Source: an uncultured virus (IMG/VR IMGVR_UViG_3300047491_000541)
Lineage: Duplodnaviria > Heunggongvirae > Uroviricota > Caudoviricetes
DNA length: 64,000 nt
Strand: one strand, 5' to 3'
IMG/VR virus record: IMGVR_UViG_3300047491_000541
The position numbers and the translations under genes were made by a program. The notes under the pieces are model-generated. The model did not search any database. It saw only the letters and a list, made by a program, of their open reading frames with translations, and was not told the origin of the DNA. Below, piece by piece: positions 48,755 through 57,889 of this stretch. Every line of letters begins with the position of its first letter. The first letter of the stretch is position 1.

Positions 48755-49198
48755 TTAATTCTGCCCATCACGAATGATGTTCGCCTTGGCCCCGCAGCGG
48801 AGGCACTGAAAGCGATGCGCGGCCAGCAGGTTTCCGTCAACCGCGCCAGAGCCGATGCGCGTCCACTCGTGCCGACACAAAAGGGACGGCAAAACCAGCC
48901 GTCGGACTGTACGGACAACCGCCGCAAGCGTGGTCAACTTAGCCCCTCCTCCTGGCTGTTTTTGCCGCCGGTCAGCGTTGCGTTTGGTAGATTTTGACAA
49001 AGCTACTGCCAAACCTGACACGACACTGGCAAACAGGACTGACCCAAAGAACAGCACCCCAATCAGATCACCACGCAGAGCGGACTTTACGACACCGTAT
49101 AGTAACGCTCCAATCACCGGGAGCACCAGCAGAAGGAGCGCCGTCCATAGCAATTTTCTTTTCATTCTGTATCCCCTTTCGAAGGCATAACTGCTCAA
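48755..49198 (-). CDS. membrane protein fused through an attC-like site to a Zn-ribbon module
   Basis: Two hydrophobic helices, then CRHEW..C..CG; attC-like element at 48889-48988. Confidence 0.5.
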   Translation of the reverse strand: MSSYAFERGYRMKRKLLWTALLLLVLPVIGALLYGVVKSALRGDLIGVLFFGSVLFASVVSGLAVALSKSTKRNADRRQKQPGGGAKLTTLAAVVRTVRRLVLPSLLCRHEWTRIGSGAVDGNLLAAHRFQCLRCGAKANIIRDGQN

Positions 49199-49430
49199 TC
49201 ACTTGTTCGCCTTATCAAGTCCGAGAACGAGCCTTTGCTTGTCCCAGATGATTCTGATGACTTGTGCGAGCTGAAAATCCACCATCGGCTCTAGTTTGAG
49301 CGCGACTCGCAAGTCCACAATTGATCCGTGGATTGCTTCATACAACTTTTGTTGCTTGTCTGCTGGCAGTTTCATGGTTCCTTTCCAGACGCCGAACCCG
49401 GCGCACGTCGCTCCACTTTGTCGTTCACAC

Positions 49431-49778
49431 TCAATCGATGTCCCAGTTCCGTAAGCCACACTTCGGGCAGACTGCCGTATCCTTTGCCCGATTCCACGAT
49501 TCCCACGTCCACCACTTCATGCGACGGACGTTCCGAATCTCCTTGGCAATCTCCAGTATCAGCACATGCCAAGAGAAGATGCGCGTACGACCATACGCCT
49601 CCTCGCCGAAAAGCATAATGCGTGGACGGACAAGCCATCGAATGTCCGACCACAGCTTCGTCAGTGGGTTGTAGCTCTTGTGCCAGAAGTCATCTTGCGA
49701 CCAGTGGCAACCCTTCGTGTGGCAATGCAAATACGCCATGTCAGTCTCCTTTCTGAATGCGCGAACAACTCGCTTCAC
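49431..49778 (-). CDS. cassette-borne hypothetical protein
   Basis: MAYLHC..C.WSQDDFW..CPKCG; AAGGAG RBS before MAYL. Confidence 0.6.
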   Translation of the reverse strand: MKRVVRAFRKETDMAYLHCHTKGCHWSQDDFWHKSYNPLTKLWSDIRWLVRPRIMLFGEEAYGRTRIFSWHVLILEIAKEIRNVRRMKWWTWESWNRAKDTAVCPKCGLRNWDID

Positions 49779-49804
49779 CGCGAAGGTGAGGCGCAGCGTT
49801 CACC
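49760..49804 (+). repeat. short attC-like site
   Basis: CGCGAAC..CTTCACC GCGAA GGTGAG..GTTCACC. Confidence 0.55.
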
Positions 49805-50478
49805 ACCCGCTTCCGTTCCGCCTGCGTCAGCGTCTTAGTCTTTCCCCTGCCCATGCGCCCCAGTGATTGCGCGGCCTTATTCACAGACATGGGATAACCT
49901 CCGCTTCACCGTCCAAGACCCACCGGCAAACCGTCCCGGTTTGCTCGGTCGCACCCTTTGCCAACCTTGCGCGGTGCACCTCGGTGTATGAGGTGCCCGG
50001 CATTCTGCACATCGGCAAGCCTCCGTCGCCGAACCAAAACTTTCCGCGCCCGTTGCCACGCACGATCTCCCGTCCGTTCCCGCCAACCATTGTCCATGCC
50101 TGCACGCTACGGGTGTCCCGCGACGACTTCTTGGTTGTTTTCATGTTTCATTTCGGGCCAGCCGAGGCTGACCGTTGGCGTGACTGGCATCCCGCTGTCG
50201 GAGCATACCGTTGAGGCAGAAGTTGAACACCGCCAGCAGCTCGTCCGGCTTTGCCGGTCGCCCCCACGCGGCGACGTACTGCTCGTCAATGTTACGCAGT
50301 ACCGGCCCCATCAGGTCGGCTGGGCCGTCCCCGTTGTACATCTCGTCCTCGGCATCACGCCCCGGCACCGCGTTCACCAGTTGCGGATTCGTCGGACACT
50401 TATGCGAGCAGTCAATCTGCCCGCGCTCTACGCTGTCGATTTTCCACCAGCCCATGACTCGTCTCCTTTTAATGCGCA

Positions 50479-50538
50479 CGCGAACAACCGCGTGCAGTTT
50501 ACGTCGCTTTGCTCGAAGTTTGATTTGTCGCGTTCGGT
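50479..50538 (+). repeat. attC-like site (60 bp)
   Basis: CGCGAAC AACCGCG..GCTCGAAGTTTGATTT GTCGC GTTCGGT. Confidence 0.65.
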
Positions 50539-51106
50539 TTATGGATTTCCTCGTATAGCAGCCCCGTCAGACGCATGATCCTTAAAGCGCGCGGCAAGTC
50601 GAACGGTGGAAGACTGTGAGCGTATGCCAGAATTGGAGCGCACACCGGGCACGCCTTCACTTGGCCGATGGTGGCAGAACAATGCGGTTCAGCCCTACGA
50701 CTGGCCCGCGCCTTGGTTATGCTTGCGGTCTTCTTCATGGTCTATCCCCCCTTGGTGTCTCCTTTCGATGAAAAAAGCCTAACACCCAGCTTTAGCCGTC
50801 GCCTGAAGCCTCGCCCGATCTGGGGCGTTCTGCGACAGCATCCACGCAACGGTTGTGCTAACGGTCTTCTTGGTCTTCTTGGTCTTCTTGGTCTTCTTGG
50901 CCAGCCGAGGCTGTCCGCTGGCGTTCGCCGTACATGCTTTCTGTGGACCAGCGTGGCAATGGTGGCAGAAGCCATATCCGCACCTGACGCACACTGGTCC
51001 GTTGTGGAAATCGCTCCCTTCGTAAGCTAAGATGTCCAGCGTTCCGTCTTTGTTGCACTTCCATACGTGACCACGAGCACCCCGTTTCGTTTCATAGGAA
51101 CGAAGC

Positions 51107-51258
51107 GGCGAAGAAGGCGATACAACCCTGCGGCTGGTCCTCGCTTCGGTTGTGCTAACGGTCTTCTTGGTCTTCTTCTTGGTCTTCTTCATGGTCTTCT
51201 TCATGGTCTGTCATCCTTTGTTATTCCGGCCAGCCGAGGCTGACCGATGGCGTTCCCA
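51107..51258 (+). repeat. long attC-like site with KKT microsatellite in the loop
   Basis: R'' GGCGAAG vs upstream GTTCGCC (50923); ggtcttct(t) repeats. Confidence 0.5.
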
Positions 51259-51695
51259 TCATACATTACCGAGTCCGGCAATTTATTAGGCATATCGCGC
51301 TATTCGGCTTCATCGTTTCGGCGTACTTCGCAGGGTCGATGTCTCGCAGTTCGGCCAGCATCTCAAGCCCGATCCTCCCCCACGTCGTAAGCGGAATCTT
51401 GTCTGGGTTCAGTATGTGCCGAGCAAGTCGATAGCAGAGCCCAGCTAGTTGCTCCTCCGTATTACGGGGAGCTGCGGTCGTTTCAGGTGTTGGCATCGGT
51501 CTCCTTTCGCTCCCCGTTTCCGGGAAGCACGGCGTTCTTGCCGCATAGCGGACTGTTGGCCTTCTCGCGCCGTTGCCACACATCAAGAGACATTTTGAGC
51601 GGCGCCGATATTGGACACCATGTACTTTGGTGCCAGACGAACGCGCCAAGGTGGTCGTACTCGATCTTGTCAGGCGTCTGCCCACAGAACGGACA

Positions 51696-51774
51696 GGCCA
51701 ACAAGTCAGCGGAGGTTATCTCCATTCCGTCGCTTCGCTTCTTCGTTTCCGAAACCTCACTTTTGTTGTTGGCC
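51696..51774 (+). repeat. attC-like site (79 bp)
   Basis: R'' GGCCAAC exactly complements GTTGGCC at 51555; GAGGTT/AACCTC arms. Confidence 0.75.
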
Positions 51775-51936
51775 TCGTTGACGCATAGCGGGTTGTTCGG
51801 CATGTACCCTGCACGCAGTGCGTCACCCAATGCTTCTTTTGCAAGTTCCGATGGCTCTTCGCCGATGCTCACCATGTAGCGGCACTGGTCCTTCAACGCA
51901 TCGGCCAGCTTACATGCGATCTTGAATGCTTCAACC

Positions 51937-52009
51937 GCCGAACAAGGCGGTTGAGCCGTACATTCATTCCGCTTCGCTTCATTCATAACGCTCACCTTTC
52001 TAGTTCGGC
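51937..52009 (+). repeat. attC-like site (73 bp)
   Basis: R'' GCCGAAC exactly complements GTTCGGC at 51795; GGTTGAGC/GCTCACC with extra T. Confidence 0.85.
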
Positions 52010-52220
52010 GCAGACAACCACTTTGCAACGTCCGACGGCCTTACCATGCCGTCGCTCGTGCGCTTCCGCTGCCCACGGCCAAACGTGTCCGGGTCCATCC
52101 CACGTATCGTCCACGCCCCGGCGCACCGGCGTTCACCATGCTCGCTGTACGCGACGACGTTTCCACCGCGTCCGACTCGCCACCGCCACCTTGTCCCGGA
52201 AACGGTCAACAGACGACCGC

Positions 52221-52296
52221 GCCGAACAAAGCGTCGGAGGCTACCTTCATTCCTCGCTTCGCTCGTCATTTCGGAGCCTCAACTTTCTAGTTTGTC
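52221..52296 (+). repeat. attC-like site (76 bp)
   Basis: R'' GCCGAAC exactly complements GTTCGGC at 52003; GAGGCT/AGCCTC arms. Confidence 0.8.
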
Positions 52297-52544
52297 TCGA
52301 AGACGTGGAACACCTGCGCCCCTTCACGCATCTGGACCGTGCCGACGTACTGCCCCGGCTCGTCGGGCAGGTAGAGGCCCGTCCAGTACACGCGGAACGT
52401 GCGCGGGCAGGTTTTCGCGTTTGGGTCAACCAGCGCCCACAGGTGCGGCTCGCCGTGTTGATCCTGAACCGCCAGCAGCTTCGCGCCGTGCGGCATGTCG
52501 ATTGTCGTTTCCGGTTTCAGTGTCCATTTCCAAATCGTCTTCAT
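52287..52544 (-). CDS. small conserved phage protein
   Basis: MKTIWKW.L..MP.GA..L.VQ.Q..LWALVDP..TG..YVGTVQ..FHVFE pattern. Confidence 0.65.
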   Translation of the reverse strand: MKTIWKWTLKPETTIDMPHGAKLLAVQDQHGEPHLWALVDPNAKTCPRTFRVYWTGLYLPDEPGQYVGTVQMREGAQVFHVFETN

Positions 52545-52579
52545 CGTATCGTATTCTTTCCGCACTGGCCGACCAAGAA

Positions 52580-52637
52580 GGCCAACCAGCACATCGAAGC
52601 GACGGCTACCCGCCGCGCTTCATGCTTTCTTTGGCGG
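52580..52637 (+). repeat. attC-like site
   Basis: GGCCAAC..ATCGAAGCG / CGCTTCAT..TTTGGCG; next R'' CGCCAAC at 52831 matches. Confidence 0.6.
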
Positions 52638-53104
52638 TACGCTGGCGCTGTCGGTGCTCCCGGCAGTGGTCCGCGCGGCAGTAGCCGCCATTGTGCTTGG
52701 TCATAGCCTCGCATCCGGGCAGGGCGCAACGGTGTGCCGTGCGCTCAGTGGGTCGGCGTATCCCGCAGGCCGCAAGCGCCTGTTGTGATCTTTCGTGGTC
52801 TCCTCTCGCCATCAAAGTCCAGACGGCACCCGCCAACAAGGCGGTGGAGAGAGCCTGGTTATCCGCGCACTTGCTGCTTGTCGTCATGACGTTTCCACTC
52901 CCCATTATTGCCCCATCTCGTCTGTGAAGTACCAGGTCGTCCCGTTGCACTTCGGGCACTTTGCCTTTTCAATTTCCGCCTTTGCTTCTTCCCTCGATAG
53001 CCGCTCCAAGACGATGCCGAACGGTTCTGTTTTCTCGAAGCCGTCCCTGTTCTCACAGTCCTTGCACCTTGCCCAGTTTACCGACTTTCCCATGTGTCCT
53101 CCAA

Positions 53105-53386
53105 TCAACGTCCTCCATCGTGCCGAGGCGCATCCCCGTCGTTGGAAATCATTGCAAATCCGTCGTCTATCCGTTTTCGGAGCGCGTCTGATGTCGGAAG
53201 GTCTAGCATTGACGCGCCGACCGGACACACACGCGCCGGGAACTCGTGCTTGCGGCATTCATCCGGTCTGCGGTCGTAGATGCCGCAGAATACGAACGCC
53301 CCGCGTTCAACAAGGTGCGGACATGGTTTGGGAGCAGACAGAGGTGACATCCGCTTACAGCAGTCGCCACAGTGCAGACAGTACAT
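53105..53386 (-). CDS. YkgJ-family (CxxCxxCC) Fe-S/Zn cluster protein
   Basis: CLHCGDCC..CPHL..CGIYDRRPDECR. Confidence 0.75.
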   Translation of the reverse strand: MYCLHCGDCCKRMSPLSAPKPCPHLVERGAFVFCGIYDRRPDECRKHEFPARVCPVGASMLDLPTSDALRKRIDDGFAMISNDGDAPRHDGGR

Positions 53387-53862
53387 TAGCGTACCTCCGA
53401 TCCAGAATATACCGACAAATGGCTGGTGCCTACATCGTCCCGCCCCGGCACATCACCGGAGTTATTGCCACACATCGGGCTGTTCGCATACTCAAACCGC
53501 TCGCGCATCTGTCGCACCTTGTCATGCGGCACGCCGTGTACGTTCTGCCACTCTCCACGCATCACGACTTCACGCACTTCGTAGCCGAGGCGCTTTGCCA
53601 CAGCGCGATAGTATTCCATCTCCCACAGGCGGGTAAACGTGTTTGAGACGACGCACGGGCGACCGGCCTCCATCGCCTGACGTGCTTTTTCCTGACACCA
53701 CTCGTGCGCCTGTTTGATCTTCTCCGGATCATATCCGCCGTTGGCGTCAAACCACTTGTCAGCCTCATAATGATCTGGAATGCCGAGCGTTTTGGCGTAC
53801 GTGGTCTTTCCACTTCCCGGCACGCCGCGAATCAAATAAAGAATTCGAACAGGGGTCGTCAC
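53386..53862 (-). CDS. P-loop polynucleotide kinase-like protein (AAA_33)
   Basis: LIRGVPGSGKTT, EAD, AHEWC, VVSNTF..WEM..Y, NVHGVP. Confidence 0.85.
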   Translation of the reverse strand: MTTPVRILYLIRGVPGSGKTTYAKTLGIPDHYEADKWFDANGGYDPEKIKQAHEWCQEKARQAMEAGRPCVVSNTFTRLWEMEYYRAVAKRLGYEVREVVMRGEWQNVHGVPHDKVRQMRERFEYANSPMCGNNSGDVPGRDDVGTSHLSVYSGSEVR

Positions 53863-54123
53863 CGTACACCTCCCACTGCGCGTCCGGTTGCCGGTGCGCC
53901 TGTGCGTTCGCCGTCTTTCCGTATATCGGACTGTTGGCCTAGAGCAATGCTTCGCATTTTTGGTCTTTCAGAACTCCGTCTTCCGCTCGTGCCTGTCCGC
54001 AGAACCCGAGAGAACACGTTAGATTCCCGCCCTCGTTTGAGAAGTGTTCGCAAATTTCGCGTTCTCCGAAATGCTCCCAGCAGTACGACCCGCTCGGAAC
54101 TTTTATCGGCAGGTTGACCTTTT

Positions 54124-54420
54124 TCATGTTCTCCTTTCGCACTGGCCGATGGCTGCGAGGGCGTAGCGCAGTGCCCGTTCTAGCTTTGCCGTTTCGTGTC
54201 CACGTTGTGCAAACTCATTCGCCCATTTCTCAGTCATGGCGGTCAGTTCGGTTTCGAGTTTTTGAATCCGCTCGATAGCCGCTCCTACCGTGTCGGATGA
54301 TCGCTTGTCTCCTTGACTCAGTAAGGCTCCTTGCAACTGTTGCAAGGCGCTTGTGAGGGTCAAGGACTGGCCTTGCTCTATGCTGTCCAGTTTAATAGTC
54401 GTATCCTTTTCGTTCTTCAT
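54124..54420 (-). CDS. coiled-coil hypothetical protein
   Basis: ORF from MKNEK downstream of a promoter motif. Confidence 0.5.
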   Translation of the reverse strand: MKNEKDTTIKLDSIEQGQSLTLTSALQQLQGALLSQGDKRSSDTVGAAIERIQKLETELTAMTEKWANEFAQRGHETAKLERALRYALAAIGQCERRT

Positions 54421-54451
54421 GCCAGCACTATCGCATAACCATTTCATACAT

Positions 54452-54477
54452 ACATTACCGAATTTCGGTCAGAATAA
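54452..54477 (-). promoter_or_regulatory. conserved phage promoter-like motif
   Basis: TTATTC-N12-GGTAATGT. Confidence 0.7.
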
Positions 54478-54607
54478 GAAAAAAATTTTTCAGTTTTCAC
54501 GGTTTTACCATATAAGTGAGATTTCTCACCCCTTATGCCAGTCAATAACAATTTTTTCAATTTCTGTCGCTCGGAAGGGACCGGAATCCCAAACAGGGTC
54601 TCGGAGC

Positions 54608-55438
54608 CTACGGGTTCCCGCGAGGTTCTAGCCCAGTGTTGGCACTACTGACGCGCCGCCTTGCCACCCGGCAAAACTCTTCATTCGCGTCAATTCCGAT
54701 GTACTTTCGCCCTGTCTCGTTGGCGGCTTCCGTTGTCGCGCCTGCACCGTTGTGCGGGTCAAGAACCACGTCGCCGGGGTAGGTGTAGAGTTTGATGAGC
54801 CTGCGCGGTATCTCCACCGGGAACACGGCTGGGTGTTCCTTGCAAGACGCCCCGCGCACGAACCACACGTCCAGCGTCCACGCCATCCACTCCGCCTTCG
54901 TCATATCTCCACGGACGCACAGGCCGCGCCCTTCACCTGACAACACCCGCCGACCGCGCCCGCCCTTCGAGAAAATCAGGATCGGTTCAGATGCACACCG
55001 TATGCTCGGTCCAGACGGGGAAAGGTACGTTCCCCATCCACAACCTCCGCCGCCACACCCGCCGCTTGTGTGGACGTTGTTCGAGTCCCCCTTGATCCAG
55101 ATGATCTTGTCAAGCATCGTCCATCCAACAGCCTTCGCCACGGTCTTGAACTGGAAAGGAACGTCCCGACGGGGCTTCTTACCCATCCACCACGGTAAAT
55201 TGACAGCAAGGCGGCACCCTGGCCGCGTCACCCTGAAAACTTCGCCAAGCCATGCTTCCGTCTGGCTCCAGTAGTCGCCCCACGGCAGAGCATCCGACGT
55301 TGTGCCATAGTCCTTGCCGCAGTTGTAGGGCGGCGAAGTCACGGTCAGATCAATGCACTCGGATGGGAGCGAAGACAAGACGGCCAGACGGTCGCCGTGG
55401 ACAATCTGCCCCAATAAAGCGGTGGAGGGTACGCTCAT
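54608..55438 (-). CDS. beta-class N4-cytosine/N6-adenine DNA methyltransferase
   Basis: IDLTVTSPPY, HPAVFP..IPRRLI, VLDPHNGAGATT, YIGID. Confidence 0.9.
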   Translation of the reverse strand: MSVPSTALLGQIVHGDRLAVLSSLPSECIDLTVTSPPYNCGKDYGTTSDALPWGDYWSQTEAWLGEVFRVTRPGCRLAVNLPWWMGKKPRRDVPFQFKTVAKAVGWTMLDKIIWIKGDSNNVHTSGGCGGGGCGWGTYLSPSGPSIRCASEPILIFSKGGRGRRVLSGEGRGLCVRGDMTKAEWMAWTLDVWFVRGASCKEHPAVFPVEIPRRLIKLYTYPGDVVLDPHNGAGATTEAANETGRKYIGIDANEEFCRVARRRVSSANTGLEPRGNP

Positions 55439-55466
55439 AACGGCAGAATCCTTTTGATTTCTCCTT

Positions 55467-55751
55467 TCATCGCGAATCCTTCCACGCTTTCCACGCTTTG
55501 GCGCGTGACCATGCGCCTAACTGTTTGCGGCACTTCGCGCTCGAATCACTGCAATCTGCGCCTAGCGACTTAGCAGGGCACTTCAAACAAGTCCTGTAGC
55601 CGTCAATGAGTCCAGCCAGTACCTGCACCTGCCGCTCGGCAATCTCCGCACGGGCGGTCAGGGTAGTAAGTTCTCGGTTCAGTGTATCCGCAAGCTCTCG
55701 TAATTCAACGGTCTGCTTGAATGGTTTGTCAATCTTCGGTTTCGCTCTCAT
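55467..55751 (-). CDS. hypothetical protein
   Basis: 94-aa ORF. Confidence 0.5.
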   Translation of the reverse strand: MRAKPKIDKPFKQTVELRELADTLNRELTTLTARAEIAERQVQVLAGLIDGYRTCLKCPAKSLGADCSDSSAKCRKQLGAWSRAKAWKAWKDSR

Positions 55752-55870
55752 CCCTTGCCTACCTTCTCTGCTGCGTGATTCTTTTCGAGAACGAACTTAA
55801 TACCCCAGTTTCCGCCCCAGAAGATCGTCTTCTAGTCGCCTTTAGTTCATCCACGCCTTGATTTCTTTTA

Positions 55871-56254
55871 TCAATCATCATCGTGTAGTTCGTCACAAAT
55901 CCGACTCGGTATCAGATCATCAAGCTCTGTACGATCATCGTCCTCGTCGTCTTTTTCACCCTCCTCGTCATCCTCGTCAACATCATTGTCCCGAGCAGAA
56001 CTCTTGATTGGTAAGTAATACCGAACATTCTTAACATCAGAGAATAGATAAGAATCCTCGTTGTCGCTCGACAAGTCCATAAAATCATTGTCCTTTATTC
56101 TCGGCCAACAAGGACCAATCTCCAAATTGTTCTTAAGCCGAATATCACAAAACTCTGGAAAAGGCTTGGTGTTTCTGAATGTTTCCCAAACCTTGCCCGG
56201 ACGAACATGATTGTCTTGCATCCAATCCGCTTTGTCAAAATCACTCATAATCAC
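55871..56254 (-). CDS. hypothetical protein with acidic tail
   Basis: 127 aa, GAGGAG RBS, downstream of a promoter motif. Confidence 0.65.
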   Translation of the reverse strand: MIMSDFDKADWMQDNHVRPGKVWETFRNTKPFPEFCDIRLKNNLEIGPCWPRIKDNDFMDLSSDNEDSYLFSDVKNVRYYLPIKSSARDNDVDEDDEEGEKDDEDDDRTELDDLIPSRICDELHDDD

Positions 56255-56282
56255 TCCTCATTTATCCCTTGTCATTCAAATC

Positions 56283-56308
56283 ACATTACCAAATGGACGA
56301 TGAAATAT
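56283..56308 (-). promoter_or_regulatory. conserved phage promoter-like motif
   Basis: ATATTT-N12-GGTAATGT. Confidence 0.6.
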
Positions 56309-56318
56309 AATTTATATT

Positions 56319-56615
56319 TTAAAAGTTTATAGGACCACTCCCTAAAACATAACCATCTGGATGATCGCCTACCGATTCCAATAGAGGTAAGAGCTTGGTC
56401 GAAGAGACGATCTGAGCCTCACCAGCCTCACCATACCGGATTGAAACCAGGGTAGCTCTCCGTGGAGGATCAGCAGGACTCCCGACTAGATTCTTAAATG
56501 CCTTCTCGACACCCTGAACCTCGGCGAAAAGCTGAACATTGATCTCGCCACTCTCTTCCTCCATCAACAACACGCCTAATTCTTTTCTCATGCACCTCTC
56601 CATTTCCAGAACCAC
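56319..56615 (-). CDS. hypothetical protein
   Basis: 98-aa ORF coupled to the RmlC stop. Confidence 0.6.
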   Translation of the reverse strand: MVLEMERCMRKELGVLLMEEESGEINVQLFAEVQGVEKAFKNLVGSPADPPRRATLVSIRYGEAGEAQIVSSTKLLPLLESVGDHPDGYVLGSGPINF

Positions 56616-57115
56616 TTTTTCTCGACCTTACGAATCATGTCTTCCACACTATATCTTGGATTACCCTCATGCCTCATCTCATCAGGAATGTCTTTCTTCA
56701 ATTTTCCACGATAGAGCTTGTCCGGCAAGTTGATAACCAAACCATCATCCTGACCGGTGTTCGCATAGGCATGAATGACTCCCGGTGGAACAACCACCGT
56801 AGTCGGCTTGGATACTAAAATCGTTTTCTTGATGCCATAAGTCTTAGAAAGAAAACGCTCATCCCAAAGCCTGACAACCCACTCCCCAGTCAAAAAGATG
56901 AATATGTCGGTTTGCTGAACATGCTCGTGTGGACCTCGCACGGTGTCCGGCTTCGTGCAAGAGATGTATGACATCGCTGGCATCACCGGAATATCCAAGT
57001 CATCCGAACGCCATACCTCCATGAGCCATCCTCGATGATCCTCATTCTTCGCGAGCAACTTGACCGAAACACCATCAATAAAATATCCAGATTTCCATTC
57101 CATTTTCCCCCCCAT
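56588..57115 (-). CDS. rfbC: dTDP-4-dehydrorhamnose 3,5-epimerase (RmlC-like cupin)
   Basis: IDGV..DHRGWLMEVWR, YIS.T..VRGPHEH..QTD, VVVPPGVIHAY, INLPD.LY. Confidence 0.8.
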   Translation of the reverse strand: MGGKMEWKSGYFIDGVSVKLLAKNEDHRGWLMEVWRSDDLDIPVMPAMSYISCTKPDTVRGPHEHVQQTDIFIFLTGEWVVRLWDERFLSKTYGIKKTILVSKPTTVVVPPGVIHAYANTGQDDGLVINLPDKLYRGKLKKDIPDEMRHEGNPRYSVEDMIRKVEKKWFWKWRGA

Positions 57116-57360
57116 ACACTCGTTTGCCTACATCAACGACTACCGTTCCATATTGTTGCTGTCCACGTCATCGTAAGCGGCCTTTAGTAAAACCTGCGCC
57201 ATCTCATATACACCCTCCGGACCATACTTGCATAACAACATATCCACAGACTCAGCCTCACTTGGATTGAAAGAAACAACCTCTTTGGGCAGACGAGATA
57301 CCGGAGAACATTCTTCGGTCACGCTACCGATTGGACCATTATAATTGCAATGTGCCATTA

Positions 57361-57756
57361 TCACCCTCCCTTTCGCTTTGGTTTACCTAACTTCTTTGCC
57401 TCATCCACGAAGGCATCAAGTGTTTTATTCACATATTCTTTCCAAAGGTCATTCGCTATGCGAGTCAACATCCCATTCTTCGCTATATCCTCAATCTTTA
57501 TAGGAACCCCTCCTATACGAATTTGAAGAGCCGCTAGACACTTCACAAGCATCTGCCCATCACCCTTGACCGTATGCACTAAAACGATGACTGTGGGCAG
57601 TATCCGTCCGTTTACCATGATGTCCACGGACCAATTACTTAAAGTGATCTCAGTTGCGGTGTCCCCAGCGTTGCCTTTATCATCAAAGTCCACCAGAATG
57701 TTCTGACCCGATGGACCCAATACCACATACCCATTTGGAATGTCTGTCGCCTTCAT
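57361..57756 (-). CDS. hypothetical protein
   Basis: 131-aa ORF in operon. Confidence 0.6.
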   Translation of the reverse strand: MKATDIPNGYVVLGPSGQNILVDFDDKGNAGDTATEITLSNWSVDIMVNGRILPTVIVLVHTVKGDGQMLVKCLAALQIRIGGVPIKIEDIAKNGMLTRIANDLWKEYVNKTLDAFVDEAKKLGKPKRKGG

Positions 57757-57889
57757 TTAACCCCTATCCCATTAATCATTCAAACTGTCGTATTCTACCC
57801 CGCCTGCCAACTTCCTGATAAGAAAAAACATCATTTCCACCGCAATCAGAACATAGTCCATCTATATGTCGAACACGTAGCACGTACAT

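Larger units (their letters stand above)
41660..55440 (+). mobile_element. attC cassette cluster B (about 14 kb)
   Basis: At least 15 attC-like hairpins separating short minus-strand ORFs; R'' of each site often complements the preceding GTT core. Confidence 0.8.

Noticed and set aside
36300..55440. attC-like hairpins as simple terminators or REP elements
   Set aside because: They lack U-tracts, have AAC/GTT ends with one-sided extra bases, and R'' matches the preceding unit boundary
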